DNA of 64,000 nt, taken from the NCBI GenBank assembly GCA_024998755.1, contig JACEUU010000002.1, positions 3,511-67,510 of the forward strand, read 5' to 3'. Of the stretch, positions 33,269 to 44,708 are shown one piece after another. The stretch's first letter is position 1, and each line of letters starts with the position of its first letter. The notes below the pieces were generated by a model. That model did not search any database. It was not told the origin of the DNA and saw only the letters and a list, made by a program, of their open reading frames with translations. Position numbers and translations under genes: made by a program. The DNA comes from Vampirovibrio sp. (GTDB taxonomy: Bacteria > Cyanobacteriota > Vampirovibrionia > Vampirovibrionales > JAJTHC01).

Positions 33269-34360
33269 CTAAGCTACGTTAGTGCCTTCTAATTGTTCTT
33301 TTAAAAGAGTGTAAACCTCTTCCACCAAAGGCTTTAGCCCTTCAACACCGTTGGTAGGCTTCAATCGATAGTTTCTAATTTCGGCGGCTAATTTTTCAAC
33401 CTCTGTAGCAGTAGTAGGTAATAAAACAATCTCTTTCCACTCTGGGGATTCCAAAGCGGTTTCAGGGTTAATATCTGTAAACGCTGGCTTCAGGGTTTTT
33501 ACAGTCGCAAGTAACGTTTCCATTTTAGGCTTTGTTTTTTCAGTATCTGCTAAAGTCTCTATATGTGTCTCGAAGGCTGGTAAAACGGTTTCGTGTAAAA
33601 ACCGAGCATCTTTCCGTAGGGCTATGTTGTCGGTGTCATTGTTAAAAAATGTACTCTTACGGTCAAAGAACTTCCCTTTGAGATCAGCAAAACTCTCGAG
33701 TCCGTTTACAAACCAATTGTTAGCCCACTTTGCTATTACTGGTGCGTTTTCAGGCAAAGTCTCTATACGACTAGCATATTTCGCACCCCATGAAGCGATT
33801 TTTTTAGCTTTTTCAGCAGCCTTTTCTACAATACCCACCCTTTGATCTAGTGCGTCTACTACTGTTTGCTGTGCCTTTTCTGACATCTCTGCTGTTAATT
33901 TCGTCACTTTGTTTTCCAATTTTGTAGTGGCTTGCTTAGCGAAATTTAATTCTTCCTTGAGCCCATTTATTTCCCCATGTTGACCAAACACCATAAAGCC
34001 TAACCCTAAAACGCCTAAGCCTGCGAAACTACCTGCAATGGTACCAATCAGCCCTAAGTTAGGGGTAGCAGGGGCTACAGGTTGAACACCAGCAACGGCA
34101 GGGGAAGAAAGAGGTAGAGGGGAAGACGGTAGTACAACAGGCGTAGCACTAGCCATAGTCGATAAATTATCGGTTGGTGCTGTCGTAACAATCGGTTGAG
34201 GGGGCGTGTCTGTCGGCATGGCTTCTCTCGCTGACCGACTAAACTGCACGTTATCCGCTTTCAGGGGCTGGTAAGCGGTTTGTTTCTGCTGTTTTTTGAT
34301 AAGCACAGAATTTGACTGATTGTAATTAGGTGAAACGGTATTTAACGTGATATTCATCAT
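33269..34360 (-). CDS. Hypothetical protein with one TM helix followed by a coiled coil
   Basis: 363 aa; Pro/Ser-rich N-terminus, then LGLIGTIAGSFAGLGVLGLGFMVF. Confidence 0.75.
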   Translation of the reverse strand: MMNITLNTVSPNYNQSNSVLIKKQQKQTAYQPLKADNVQFSRSAREAMPTDTPPQPIVTTAPTDNLSTMASATPVVLPSSPLPLSSPAVAGVQPVAPATPNLGLIGTIAGSFAGLGVLGLGFMVFGQHGEINGLKEELNFAKQATTKLENKVTKLTAEMSEKAQQTVVDALDQRVGIVEKAAEKAKKIASWGAKYASRIETLPENAPVIAKWANNWFVNGLESFADLKGKFFDRKSTFFNNDTDNIALRKDARFLHETVLPAFETHIETLADTEKTKPKMETLLATVKTLKPAFTDINPETALESPEWKEIVLLPTTATEVEKLAAEIRNYRLKPTNGVEGLKPLVEEVYTLLKEQLEGTNVA

Positions 34361-34598
34361 ATAAATGAATTGAACTCCGAAGGTTATCTATAAAAAAACT
34401 ATGACTTGAAGAGAGAGAAAAATAGAAAGGTTAAACTAAACAAAGTGGGGTCTACTGTATTTAAAGTAGCCTCACTAGGGTAGAAATGCAAGTAAAAAAT
34501 AAATGATGCCTACCAAATTGCAATTTTTCTTCACAAAAACCAGCAAGAACGATTGTTTTAGTGTAGAATAATAGTACCTTGTTTTCTATTATGATTGA

Positions 34599-35114
34599 TT
34601 GGACTTTGAGATAATGTTGATATTAATACCTGACCCTAAAGCTACTACGTTAACAGCTTCGTTGAAACGAATTGTTGTAGGTTGTTTGTTGCTACAACTA
34701 GGTTTATGGGGTGTTGAAGCGGTTCAAGCCAAACGCCATGCTAAAGGAAAGCCAAGTGCTGTTGTGGTTGAGCAACCAGTCAATGAAGCATTGCCATCTT
34801 CTGATGCTGTTGCGGAAACAGGCCTGAAGCCAGCTAAAAAATTAAAATTTAAAAAAACGAAACAAGAAGCACAGATAACCGCTTTTGAATTAGAGCCCCC
34901 CGCTAACCCAGATTACCCCGCTCAATTGTGTGGTAAGCGGCGGGAACGTCTCGTGGAATTGCAAACCATGCCTTGGGTAGTAAAGCCGTTTTTTTTAGGA
35001 GAACGCAGAATTGAACAATGGCAATATCGGTTATGTTTATCCAAAACCATGCCAGAAGTTCAACGCTATTTGGAATCATTCCCTGTGCCATACACGGCAA
35101 CCCCAGCTAATTAG
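34599..35114 (+). CDS. Hypothetical exported protein
   Basis: 171 aa ORF with signal-like hydrophobic stretch; start uncertain. Confidence 0.55.
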   Translation: MDFEIMLILIPDPKATTLTASLKRIVVGCLLLQLGLWGVEAVQAKRHAKGKPSAVVVEQPVNEALPSSDAVAETGLKPAKKLKFKKTKQEAQITAFELEPPANPDYPAQLCGKRRERLVELQTMPWVVKPFFLGERRIEQWQYRLCLSKTMPEVQRYLESFPVPYTATPAN

Positions 35115-35129
35115 GATTATTTCTTTTTT

Positions 35130-35438
35130 ATGCCAGAATCTTACAGCCATTTTATCCATACTATTGAAAAATATGCCTTTATCATCGTTGTGTTAGAACT
35201 TTTGCTGATAGTAATTGGTGGTATTGTATTTCGGGCGTTATTACGAACAAACCTTACGTTAAAGGCTAGGTTGCTTGGGTTTGTTACCAAGTTAAAGCAG
35301 GCTAAAATTGCTTCAAAGCAACTAAACCAGCAACTGCAGGCTAATCAAGAACTGTTAGCTTCAGGCTTTCTTTCTGCTGGTAAAGCCTTGCCTAAACCCC
35401 TGCGATGGTTTTCAACCCTGTTAAGCTGGATAGCTTAG
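35130..35438 (+). CDS. Small hypothetical membrane protein
   Basis: 102 aa with one N-terminal TM helix. Confidence 0.55.
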   Translation: MPESYSHFIHTIEKYAFIIVVLELLLIVIGGIVFRALLRTNLTLKARLLGFVTKLKQAKIASKQLNQQLQANQELLASGFLSAGKALPKPLRWFSTLLSWIA

Positions 35439-35445
35439 CCCAATT

Positions 35446-36393
35446 TTAATCATCGAAGGCTATTTTGTGTACTTTTTGAATATGTGCCTTTTGAATGTGG
35501 GTATAAATTTGCGTGGTAGCAATATCTTGATGCCCCAATAATTCTTGAACTACGCGTAAATCTGCTCCGTTTTCTAGTAGATGACTAGCAAAACTATGCC
35601 GAAATGAATGCGGTGAAAGTGGCTTGCCTAAGAATGCTTCCCATTGTTTGCTCCACTGCCAAATTTTCATTCGGTTAACCGGCTTGAAGTAATCGATTTT
35701 ATTGCGGGGCAAAATCGTTTCTGGGGTGATGAGATAAGCAGGTAAAATGGCTTGTTTCTTATCTTTCACTGGAAATTCATACCGATAATCTTCCAGTAAG
35801 GCAATGGTAACAGGGGGCAGGGGAATGAGGCGTTCTTTTTGTCCTTTACCAAAACACCGAATAAACCCAACCGACAAATCGATTTGATGCCAACACAAGT
35901 TGACCAATTCCGTTACCCGCAATCCGCACGCATAAAGTAACCCTACTGCCACCAGTTGGTGCGTCGCTTCTTCGTTGGTTAACGATTGGTTTTTTAAATG
36001 GCTGAATAGTCGTTTAATATCTCCTTGGCTGATTGCTTTGGGTAAGGCGTGGATGCGTTTGGGTAATTCTAGCCAATCAAACACGTTTTCTTGTAGATGA
36101 TGATGTTCCTGCAGCCACAGAAAAAACCCCCGAAGGGCAGAAATTTTACGCAAAACACTGCGGGTTTTGTAGTCTTCTTGGTGAAGTATCCCTAAAAACT
36201 GATTCACGCTTCTACGGTTGAGGGCTTGCCAGTTGGTCAGTTGGTTGGCTTCCATAAAGTCTAAAAATTGCAAAATATCGCCTTCATAAGCGGAAAGTGT
36301 GTGGGCGGAATAGCCCCGTTCTTCACCCAGCATAGCAAGATAGTTTGAAAGTAAGGCTTGCGGATGAGAACAGTCATCCTGTAGTTGCGTCAT
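35446..36393 (-). CDS. xerD: XerC/XerD-type tyrosine recombinase
   Basis: YACGLRVTEL, GKGQKER, SPHSFRHSFASHLLENGADLRVVQELLGH, TTQIYTH; XerD versus XerC not firmly resolved. Confidence 0.82.
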   Translation of the reverse strand: MTQLQDDCSHPQALLSNYLAMLGEERGYSAHTLSAYEGDILQFLDFMEANQLTNWQALNRRSVNQFLGILHQEDYKTRSVLRKISALRGFFLWLQEHHHLQENVFDWLELPKRIHALPKAISQGDIKRLFSHLKNQSLTNEEATHQLVAVGLLYACGLRVTELVNLCWHQIDLSVGFIRCFGKGQKERLIPLPPVTIALLEDYRYEFPVKDKKQAILPAYLITPETILPRNKIDYFKPVNRMKIWQWSKQWEAFLGKPLSPHSFRHSFASHLLENGADLRVVQELLGHQDIATTQIYTHIQKAHIQKVHKIAFDD

Positions 36394-36486
36394 AGTACGA
36401 AGGCGTTTTCCACTTTATGGGGGTTGATTTTTAGGTGTTTTTTTATCATTATAGTTGAAGTTAAGCGTAATTGCTTGGTTTGGTTT

Positions 36487-36559
36487 GCCAACATAGCTCA
36501 GTCGGTAGAGCAGTTGATTCGTAATCATCAGGTCGCAGGTTCGATTCCTGTTGTTGGCA
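36487..36559 (+). tRNA. tRNA-Thr(CGT)
   Basis: Acceptor GCCAACA/TGTTGGC, D arm GCTC/GAGC, anticodon loop TTCGTAA, T loop TTCGATT; one T-T mismatch in the anticodon stem; CCA not encoded. Confidence 0.93.
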
Positions 36560-36617
36560 CATTTTAACTTTGGGGGACTAAAGACAATTTCATAGCTGGA
36601 TTTTTGGTTAAATGCCT

Positions 36618-36646
36618 TTGCCTTTTCGGTTTGTTTTGGGTATGAT
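36618..36646 (+). promoter_or_regulatory. Possible sigma70 promoter of gyrA
   Basis: TTGCCT-17 nt-TATGAT. Confidence 0.5.
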
Positions 36647-36706
36647 TATGGTTAGCATTAACCTGTAATCTCTATATCCTAGAACAGAAAGCGTTTTTTA
36701 CCTCTT

Positions 36707-39256
36707 ATGATGATGAGTAAACCTGCCATAAACCCCTACAACCAAGTTTTCGGAGACGGTAACATACAGCCAATCTCTATCCGTGAAGAAATGCGACGTT
36801 CCTATATTGATTACGCCATGTCTGTTATTGTTGGGCGTGCTTTGCCTGACGTACGTGATGGTTTAAAGCCTGTTCACCGTCGTATTCTTTACGCCATGCA
36901 CGAACTGGGGTTAAGTCCTGAAAAATCCTTTAAAAAATGTGCTAAAATTGTTGGGGAAGTACTCGGTAAATATCACCCTCACGGTGATACGTCTGTTTAC
37001 GACGCACTCGTGCGGATGGCTCAAGATTTTGCCCTTCGGTATCCGCTAATTAACGGGCACGGTAACTTTGGTTCCATTGAAGGCGATAACGCCGCCGCCA
37101 TGCGGTATACGGAATGTAAACTGGCTCATATCGCCATTCCTGTTTTACAAGACATTGAACAAGATACCGTTGATTTTCAACCCAACTATGACGGGTCTGA
37201 AGAAGAACCTTCAGTTTTGCCGACCCGTTTGCCCATGTTGTTGCTGAATGGGTCTGGTGGTATTGCGGTCGGTATGGCTACCAATATTCCCCCATTTAAC
37301 GCTCGTGAAGTGATTGATGGCATTGTTGCCCTCATTGACGACCCCACCATTGATAATACATGTATTCTTCAGTATATCAAAGGGCCTGACTTCCCCACAG
37401 GTGGGGAAATTATCGGGCAAGCGGGCATTCGTGAAGCGTTCCGCACAGGGCGTGGTTCGGTTAAAATGCGGGCGGTTACTTCCATTGAACAAATCCCGGG
37501 TGGGGCAGGAAGGCATGAATGTACCGCCATTGTTATTCATGAAATTCCGTACCAAGTAAACTTAACCACGCTGATTGAAAAAATCGCCGAATTGGTTCGG
37601 GATAAGAAAATTGAGGGTATTCGAGATTTACGCAACGAATCCGATAGAGACGGTCTTCGCTTGGTGATTGAACTCAAACGGGATGCGATGCCCGATGTGG
37701 TGAAACGGAACTTATTTAAACACACCAGTTTGCAAACCAGTTTTGGTGTGAATATGTTGGCATTGGTGAATAATCAACCTCGGTTGTTGACTATTGTCGA
37801 TGTATTGCATGAATTTGTGGAACACCGTGTCGTTGTCGTTGTTCGGCGAACTCGGTTTGAATTGCGAAAAGCGGAAGCTCGGGCACATATTTTATCAGGC
37901 TTATTGATTGCTTTGAGCGATATGGACGCCATTATTAAGCTCATTCGAGCGGCTAGCACGTCAGAAATTGCTCGGCAAGGGCTGATGAGCCAATATAGCT
38001 TAGATGAATTGCAGGCTAATGCTATTTTAGAAATGCAATTGCGTCGTTTAACGGGCTTGGAACGGGAAAAAATAGAAAAAGAATACGCCTTATTGCGTGA
38101 AGCTATTATGGAATACAAATCGATTTTATCAGATAGAGTCAAAGTGCTGACCATTATTAAAGGCGAATTGCTCGAACTGAAAGACAAGTTTGGCGACGAC
38201 CGGAAAACACAAATAGTGATGGGTGAAGATGCTGATTTTTCCATTGAAGATTTAACGCCAAATGAAGAGATGGCGGTGTTTATCACGGAAAAAGGCTATA
38301 TTAAACGCATTGCTTTAGATACGTTTGAACGACAAAATCGTGCTACTCGTGGTAAAGGTGCTATGAAAACCCGAGACGAAGACGATGTAACGCATTTCTT
38401 TACGGCGGGTATGCACAACCAAGTGTTGTTCTTTACCTCTAAAGGTGTGGCTCATTCGTTGAAGGTTTACGATTTACCCGAGGGGTCTCGGCAAGCCAAA
38501 GGGTTAGCAATTATTAACTTGCTACCGTTGGCTCAAGATGAACGCATTACTTCCGTGGTGCCTGTTAAAGAATTTGTTGAGGGTCATTTCCTTCTGATGC
38601 TAACCCACAACGGGTGGATTAAGAAAATTGACATGAACAATTTCGAAAACATCCGTAAAAATGGGTTAATTGCCGTAACCCTTGAAGAAGGTGATTCACT
38701 TGGCTGGGTAATGGAAGCCGCTGAAGCAGACACCGTGTTTATTTCTTCCCATATGGGTATGGCGATTCGCTTTGCTGTGGATGATTTACGTTCAATGGGT
38801 AGAACCGCTAGAGGTGTTATTTCAATAAAACTTCGTACGGGCGACCAAATCGCTTCGATGAGCGTGTTACCTTCCGTTGAAGACCCTGAAAACCCATCAG
38901 AAATTCTGTTTGTAACCAACGATGGCTACGGTAAACGGGTGGCTACCTCCGAATTCCGTCCGCAAGCCCGTGGTGGTATCGGCTTAATTTCCACGAAGTT
39001 TAAAAATCGTCAATCTTTACTGGTTTCTACTTGCGTGGTGCATGAAGCCGATGAGCTGATGATTACTTCCACGAATGGCGTGGTGGTTCGCTTAGCCGCT
39101 TCCAGTATTTCTCGTCAAGGGCGTCCTGCTACAGGGGTTCGTATCATGAATATGGATGCGTCCGATAGTGTTTCGAGCCTAACGAAAGTGGTAGCAACAA
39201 CGATTGATGACGTCATTCAAGGCACAGAAGCTGAAACCGGTGGCGAAGCGGAATAA
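36707..39256 (+). CDS. gyrA: DNA gyrase subunit A
   Basis: [31 protein letters not shown], GyrA-box-like QNRATRG. Confidence 0.97.
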   Translation: MMMSKPAINPYNQVFGDGNIQPISIREEMRRSYIDYAMSVIVGRALPDVRDGLKPVHRRILYAMHELGLSPEKSFKKCAKIVGEVLGKYHPHGDTSVYDALVRMAQDFALRYPLINGHGNFGSIEGDNAAAMRYTECKLAHIAIPVLQDIEQDTVDFQPNYDGSEEEPSVLPTRLPMLLLNGSGGIAVGMATNIPPFNAREVIDGIVALIDDPTIDNTCILQYIKGPDFPTGGEIIGQAGIREAFRTGRGSVKMRAVTSIEQIPGGAGRHECTAIVIHEIPYQVNLTTLIEKIAELVRDKKIEGIRDLRNESDRDGLRLVIELKRDAMPDVVKRNLFKHTSLQTSFGVNMLALVNNQPRLLTIVDVLHEFVEHRVVVVVRRTRFELRKAEARAHILSGLLIALSDMDAIIKLIRAASTSEIARQGLMSQYSLDELQANAILEMQLRRLTGLEREKIEKEYALLREAIMEYKSILSDRVKVLTIIKGELLELKDKFGDDRKTQIVMGEDADFSIEDLTPNEEMAVFITEKGYIKRIALDTFERQNRATRGKGAMKTRDEDDVTHFFTAGMHNQVLFFTSKGVAHSLKVYDLPEGSRQAKGLAIINLLPLAQDERITSVVPVKEFVEGHFLLMLTHNGWIKKIDMNNFENIRKNGLIAVTLEEGDSLGWVMEAAEADTVFISSHMGMAIRFAVDDLRSMGRTARGVISIKLRTGDQIASMSVLPSVEDPENPSEILFVTNDGYGKRVATSEFRPQARGGIGLISTKFKNRQSLLVSTCVVHEADELMITSTNGVVVRLAASSISRQGRPATGVRIMNMDASDSVSSLTKVVATTIDDVIQGTEAETGGEAE

Positions 39257-39259
39257 CAG

Positions 39260-40468
39260 ATGACTGCGATTGATTCAACCGTGATTGAACAGACGTTGAA
39301 AAACGCCAAACGGATTGTGATTAAGTTTGGTAGCCAAATTTTGGTGGATACACAAGGTAGGCTAGCCATTGATAAGCTAGCTGCCTTGGTTCGCCAATGT
39401 TCAGAATTGGTTCAGCAAGGCAAGCAGGTTATTTTGGTTACGTCTGGGGCAATTGCTTCAGGGCGGTTTCAGCTAGGCTTTTCGTTAGATCAACAATTAA
39501 CGAGAGTTCAAAAGCAGGCGTGTGCAGCGGCTGGGCAAAGTAACATGATGCAAACTTATCAAGAGTTGTTTCGGCATTATGGCGTGGGGGTTGCCCAAGT
39601 ATTACTTAACCCAAGCGATTTTTCCCAACGGTGGCGATACCTCAGTGCTAAAGCCTTACTAGAAGAATTGCTAAACTTAGGGGTTGTACCCATTTTAAAT
39701 GAAAATGATGCTCTGTCAGAATCCGGTATTTTTGAACAACCTTCTTGCGTGGCAACCACCAGTTTTGGCGATAATGACAAACTTTCTGCGTTGGTTTCAG
39801 CCCAATTGGAAGCAGATTTATTAGTGGTGCTTTCTAATGTGGAAGGCATTTTTACTGCGAATCCGTTTGATGACCCCACGGCTAAACGCTTACCCTTTAT
39901 TCATGAATTAGAAGAATTAACCCGTATTAGCACGGCGGGAAAAAGCAAAAGCGGACGGGGCGGGATGAGTTCCAAACTGGAAGCAGCTCAATTGGCTGCT
40001 CAATGCGGCACGCATATTGTGATTGCTACAGGCTTGGCGAATCAAGCGATAGCAAGGCTATTTGAATTTTCGGGGCAAAATGAGGTTTTTCCAGCCACGT
40101 TTATATTGGCACACCCAGACAAAACGCAAAATAGCATGAAGCGGTGGATTGGTTTAGCTTCAGGTTATTCGGGTATTTTAACGTTAAACCAAGGGGCTAA
40201 ACAAGCCTTGTTAGAACGGGGTGCCAGTTTGTTGACTGTTGGTATTGTTGGGGTTGAAGGCGAATTTGCATCGCACCAAGTGGTTAGTTTGCAAGATGAA
40301 ACGGGCTTAGAATTTGGGCGGGGTGTGGTTCATTTTTCATCGCAAGCATTGCAAGAAATGGTAGGCAAATCGAAATCGGAATTAGTTCAACGCTTTGGGG
40401 CGGAGGTGGCTAATTTGGAAGTGGTACATCGTAGTAAATTATTTCTTTCCGGCGAAGAGGCTATTTAA
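39260..40468 (+). CDS. proB: Glutamate 5-kinase
   Basis: IVIKFGS, VTSGAI, PILNEND, FGDNDKLS, GGMSSKL and C-terminal PUA domain. Confidence 0.95.
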   Translation: MTAIDSTVIEQTLKNAKRIVIKFGSQILVDTQGRLAIDKLAALVRQCSELVQQGKQVILVTSGAIASGRFQLGFSLDQQLTRVQKQACAAAGQSNMMQTYQELFRHYGVGVAQVLLNPSDFSQRWRYLSAKALLEELLNLGVVPILNENDALSESGIFEQPSCVATTSFGDNDKLSALVSAQLEADLLVVLSNVEGIFTANPFDDPTAKRLPFIHELEELTRISTAGKSKSGRGGMSSKLEAAQLAAQCGTHIVIATGLANQAIARLFEFSGQNEVFPATFILAHPDKTQNSMKRWIGLASGYSGILTLNQGAKQALLERGASLLTVGIVGVEGEFASHQVVSLQDETGLEFGRGVVHFSSQALQEMVGKSKSELVQRFGAEVANLEVVHRSKLFLSGEEAI

Positions 40469-40481
40469 AACAAATAGGTAT

Positions 40482-40661
40482 TAGGTGCTGTTTAGAATAA
40501 TAGGCTAGCGAGGCAGATTCTAGGCACGTTGATTGTTTACAATCATTCTGCCAAAGGCAGAAAATAACGCAGAATCGCAGTGTATATAGAAATACATGAG
40601 GATTCGAGTAACGCAGTAACAACGAAGATGCCCGTTAGAGTGTTATTCTCAATAGTACCTA
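40482..40661. repeat. ~180 bp palindromic element Q, copy 2
   Basis: Direct homology to 31331-31510. Confidence 0.85.
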
Positions 40662-40797
40662 GCACAAAATAAAATATGGGTGGTTTTATCCTTCTGTAGC
40701 TTAGTTTAAGATGAAACACCCTGCACAAGCTTTCGATAAATTTATTCTGATTTTATTTGTTTTTGATTACATATTTTTCGCATTAGGAAATCTAATA

Positions 40798-42195
40798 ATG
40801 ACGTATTCTCCAGATTTTTCATCGGCATCGCCAGCCAGTAATTGGGTTGCTCCTCCAGCTAGTATCCCGTCTGCTGATTACACTTACCAGCCAGATGCTT
40901 ATGCTGAGGCTAGCCAATCGGCTGAATCAGTTTATGTGCCTACGGCTCCGTTAATGCAAGCCCCCGTTCAAGATGTTTATTCGCCCCCCGTCCTTCAGCC
41001 AACAGTTGGTACTGTTAGTTCTGCTGATAGCTATACGCCATCTTTTGCGACACCCTCTACACCGGAAGAAGCTGATGCTGAAGAGGCAAATAAACCGATG
41101 CCCTTTATGGGTAAACACCCTACGCAAACCTTATTAGCTACTGGGGTTGGTGCTTTAGGTGGCGGATTAATTGGGGGTTCTGTTAAACATATATTTTTTA
41201 GCGGAGAGAGTGATGACGCAAAGTCAGCCTCTTCAGGGAAACCCACTAGCACTACGGCATCACCCAAAATCGCTAATGGCTGGGAATTTACTGGGGTGCA
41301 TGATGATGGTATAACGCCAAAAATGATCAAAAATACCAGCACGGGTTTTACTTATGAAATTAACAAAGAAACCAAAGCAGTTGTTACTAAGGATGCTTCG
41401 GGAAATATTGTTACACCAAATACTAGCCAACAAAGCCTGCTACAAGGTATAACTTTAGGTAAAGAATCTGTTGTGGAAAGTGAGACCTTCACTGTTAATG
41501 AACTCGGAATAACTACACTTGTAATTGTTAAAAAAACGACTCTCGTGCAACAAAAAGCTCCTCATATATTAGAAACCACCATTACCGCAGAAGATGCTGT
41601 ATGGAGTACAAAAACCCATCGCACTTTAGTTCATCAGCAACAGAAAGTAGCTCTTGAATTAAATGAAAAGAGTGAAATTGTAGGCATTTTTAAAATAGCA
41701 GACAAGAGTAACCTTGGCTGGTTTCAAGGACTTTTTAATGGAGAAAAACTATCTGATATTGAAATCCAAAACATATTACAGAGTTTCCCAGATGCTGTTT
41801 TGAGTCAGGACATAAAGCTTAAATTTTCGGACAAAATAAAAAAAAGGTTTGGGCGACCTAATATTTCTGTGCTTGCTTTCGATAAATTAAAAGCTGAAGA
41901 ACAACAATTATTAAGAGAACTTTGTGTTTTTGGTACTTCATCTTCAAGCAATGGCTACTATCCAGATTTTAAGGCCCTCAATGCTCAGTGCAAATTTGTA
42001 CCAGAATCTGTTGCTAAAACCACAGAAGCAGCCAAGGAAGCGGCTGAAAAAGCAGCGAAAGAAATTAAGTGGGGTGAATTAGCCTTGCCTGCACTGGCTG
42101 GTGCAAGTATTGTTGGAGCAGGCGTGTTTGTGGCTGATTTTATTTTACAACGCAGAAAACCCAAAGCTACCACCGCTGAACCCCAAGGAGCTTAG
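40798..42195 (+). CDS. Hypothetical protein with low-complexity N-terminus and two hydrophobic segments
   Basis: Likely start MTYSP after AGGA; LLATGVGALGGGLIGG and LPALAGASIVGAGVFVA. Confidence 0.75.
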   Translation: MTYSPDFSSASPASNWVAPPASIPSADYTYQPDAYAEASQSAESVYVPTAPLMQAPVQDVYSPPVLQPTVGTVSSADSYTPSFATPSTPEEADAEEANKPMPFMGKHPTQTLLATGVGALGGGLIGGSVKHIFFSGESDDAKSASSGKPTSTTASPKIANGWEFTGVHDDGITPKMIKNTSTGFTYEINKETKAVVTKDASGNIVTPNTSQQSLLQGITLGKESVVESETFTVNELGITTLVIVKKTTLVQQKAPHILETTITAEDAVWSTKTHRTLVHQQQKVALELNEKSEIVGIFKIADKSNLGWFQGLFNGEKLSDIEIQNILQSFPDAVLSQDIKLKFSDKIKKRFGRPNISVLAFDKLKAEEQQLLRELCVFGTSSSSNGYYPDFKALNAQCKFVPESVAKTTEAAKEAAEKAAKEIKWGELALPALAGASIVGAGVFVADFILQRRKPKATTAEPQGA

Positions 42196-42296
42196 GCTGA
42201 CTAGCCAGCTATCAGAGCTATCTTTGAGGTTTTACAGAGAATTTCCAAGTATCTTCATGCTAAACTAAAGCTAACCGTTACTATTTAACACGTTTA

Positions 42297-42440
42297 TACC
42301 ATTTTCAAATGGAAATAGCGTTAGATGGATACTAGGCACTGGCAAGTAAAAAACCGCAGGCGTACATAGACGTACGTTGAGGATTTTTTATTTGACGGTA
42401 ACAACGTAGACGCTGACGATATTTCTATTTGAAAATGGTA
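42297..42440. mobile_element. 144 bp MITE P, copy 2 (inverted)
   Basis: Reverse-complement homology to 25319-25462. Confidence 0.85.
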
Positions 42441-42458
42441 TTAGAAGGTTTTGCTGAT

Positions 42459-43697
42459 ATGATGATGCGTCCACTCATTCAACCTGCTTCTGCTACCGAT
42501 GCTTTTCCGTTTTCATCTGCTTTTGAAGCTGAAATGATGTTAGGCAAGCAACATCCGTTGCGTCCGTATTTTGAAAAAGTCATAGCCAAAGAACGCTTGA
42601 CTCAAGACGATGCGTTGGCTATTTATCATTCCACTGATTTGTTAGCCATCGGCTTACTGGGCGATGTGGCACGCAAGGTTAGGGCTACACAAGGGCATGA
42701 AAATAGTGTTTGGTGGGTGCATAATTACCATATTAACCCAACCAACATTTGTGAAGACACCTGTACGTTTTGTTCCTTCAAAAAAGGAGAACAATCACCA
42801 CACGCCTATTTTTGGCCCATTCAAAAGGTGATTGACGATATTCATGCTTATGAAGGCAATGAAACCCTTCGGGAATTCCATATTGTGGCGGGGCATTACA
42901 AAAAAGCAAATTTAGCTTACTATGCAGAGATGTTTAAAGCCTTACGGAAGGCATTCCCGTGGGTGAACATCAAAGGTTTAACCGCTGCTGAAATTGACTA
43001 TATTGCCAAAATTGAAGGCATCACATGGGAAGAAACGCTGAAAGTGTTGATTGATTCTGGGCTTCAAGCCCTCCCTGGTGGCGGAGCAGAAGTATTTTCA
43101 CCTAGAGTGCGTGCCTTGGTTTGCCCTGATAAAATTTCGGGCGAAACGTGGTGTGATATTCATGGATTAGCCCATAAAATGGGGCTTAAAACCAACGCAA
43201 CCATGTTGGCGGGCTTGGGTGAAACCCCCGAAGAACGGGTACAACATATGATAGCCTTGCGGGAACAACAGGATAAAACTGGCGGATTCCTCAGTTTTAT
43301 TCCGCTGAATTGTTATTATGAAAAAAACAAGGCAGATGCTCAGCACGCATTGACTGGGTTTGAAAACTTGAAAAACTTTGCTGTTAGCCGGTTGGTGCTG
43401 GATAATTTTCCGCATATTAAAGCGTTTTGGATTCATATGGGCGAAAAAATATCGCAAGTGGGCTTGCACTTTGGGGTTGATGATGTAGACGGTACGGTTA
43501 TTCAAGAAAAAATTGCTCATGCGGCGGGTACGCAAACGGCTCAAGGGCTGACGGTTCGGCAGTTGGTGCACTTAATTCGGCAAGCGGGTAAAACACCTGT
43601 TGAACGTGATGCGTTTTATAATGTGGTTAAGGTGTGGGATGAAACGGCTCAAGCAGAACTAGCCCCAGCCGTGGTTTTGAATAAAGCGTATCATTAG
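42459..43697 (+). CDS. mqnE: Aminofutalosine synthase (radical SAM)
   Basis: HINPTNICEDTCTFCSF, LPGGGAE, HIKAFW, DGTVIQEKIAHAAG; adjacent to mqnA. Confidence 0.88.
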   Translation: MMMRPLIQPASATDAFPFSSAFEAEMMLGKQHPLRPYFEKVIAKERLTQDDALAIYHSTDLLAIGLLGDVARKVRATQGHENSVWWVHNYHINPTNICEDTCTFCSFKKGEQSPHAYFWPIQKVIDDIHAYEGNETLREFHIVAGHYKKANLAYYAEMFKALRKAFPWVNIKGLTAAEIDYIAKIEGITWEETLKVLIDSGLQALPGGGAEVFSPRVRALVCPDKISGETWCDIHGLAHKMGLKTNATMLAGLGETPEERVQHMIALREQQDKTGGFLSFIPLNCYYEKNKADAQHALTGFENLKNFAVSRLVLDNFPHIKAFWIHMGEKISQVGLHFGVDDVDGTVIQEKIAHAAGTQTAQGLTVRQLVHLIRQAGKTPVERDAFYNVVKVWDETAQAELAPAVVLNKAYH

Positions 43698-43774
43698 GTA
43701 GATGGCTTCCCCCAATACCTATCAAACATGGTAGAATATCGGTAGTAATCATCTTTTCATAAGGGTTAAATACT

Positions 43775-44674
43775 ATGCACCCCAAACAACATGAGTATCC
43801 GCTACCGAACCAACCTCCAGCTACCGTATTGAGAATCGGGAAAATATCCTATCTCAACACCTTGCCGATGGTTTTCAACCTGCCGTTGGAAGCTACTGTG
43901 GGTATGCCTGTTCAGTGGTTGGAAGCACCGCCAGCTGAACTAAATCAAGCCATGAAACAAAACCAATTAGATATTTCCTTGGTTTCCACCGTTGAATTTC
44001 TTCGTAACGAAGCGGATTGGGTACTTCTACCCCATCTTTCTATTAGTTCATTTGCCCCTGTGCAAAGTGTACTTTGGGTTGCAGATACCCAAGGGCATCG
44101 GTTGAACTTTCAGCAAGCCCTTGCTCAATTTGACCAATTCCCTGTTACGTCAGATTCCGCTAGTTCTGTGGTTCTGCTGAAATGTTTAGCTCAATTATAT
44201 ACGGGTAAGCCGTTGTTTGCCAATCAGCTGAAGCCCTATCCTGCTAGTCAATATCGGTATCAATTAGGGCATTACGGTAATGTGCTAATGATTGGCGATG
44301 ATGCCTTATCCTTTTTAAATTCCGGCTTACGCAAAAGCGATTGCGTTTACGATCTTGCCCAATTGTGGAGCGATTTCCACGGTGGGCAATTTCCCTTTGT
44401 GTTTGGCGTTTGGGTCGCTAACCGCACTTGGGCCAATCAAAACGTTGAACTACTTAATAAAGTGATTGGGTGCTTGCAACAGCAGGTTTACGAAAACTTA
44501 CATAATCCCGCTCAAAAAGAAGCTTTATTGCTTCATGCACACAGTTTAGGCTACCAAACACCCGCCCAGTTAGACGCTTATTTTTCACATTCGCTTTCGT
44601 ATGAATTGACGCCTCGGCATTTGCAAGCCATGCATCAATTTAAGCAATATCTCGTAGATTTTCAACTGCTATAA
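43775..44674 (+). CDS. mqnA: Chorismate dehydratase (futalosine pathway)
   Basis: IGKISYLNTLP, PAELN, SVL, SASSVVL, IGDDAL, DLAQLW, PFVFGVW. Confidence 0.85.
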   Translation: MHPKQHEYPLPNQPPATVLRIGKISYLNTLPMVFNLPLEATVGMPVQWLEAPPAELNQAMKQNQLDISLVSTVEFLRNEADWVLLPHLSISSFAPVQSVLWVADTQGHRLNFQQALAQFDQFPVTSDSASSVVLLKCLAQLYTGKPLFANQLKPYPASQYRYQLGHYGNVLMIGDDALSFLNSGLRKSDCVYDLAQLWSDFHGGQFPFVFGVWVANRTWANQNVELLNKVIGCLQQQVYENLHNPAQKEALLLHAHSLGYQTPAQLDAYFSHSLSYELTPRHLQAMHQFKQYLVDFQLL

Positions 44675-44708
44675 TCAATAATTATAATTAAAGGACAATG
44701 CTTCTGCT

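Noticed and set aside
35446-36559. Tyrosine recombinase next to a tRNA as a possible integrative element
   Set aside because: Motifs are those of housekeeping XerC/D, neighbours are core genes, and I saw no duplicated tRNA 3' end
37211-38919. Antisense ORFs within gyrA and similar shadow ORFs elsewhere
   Set aside because: They are expected by-products of coding-strand codon usage and have no independent support
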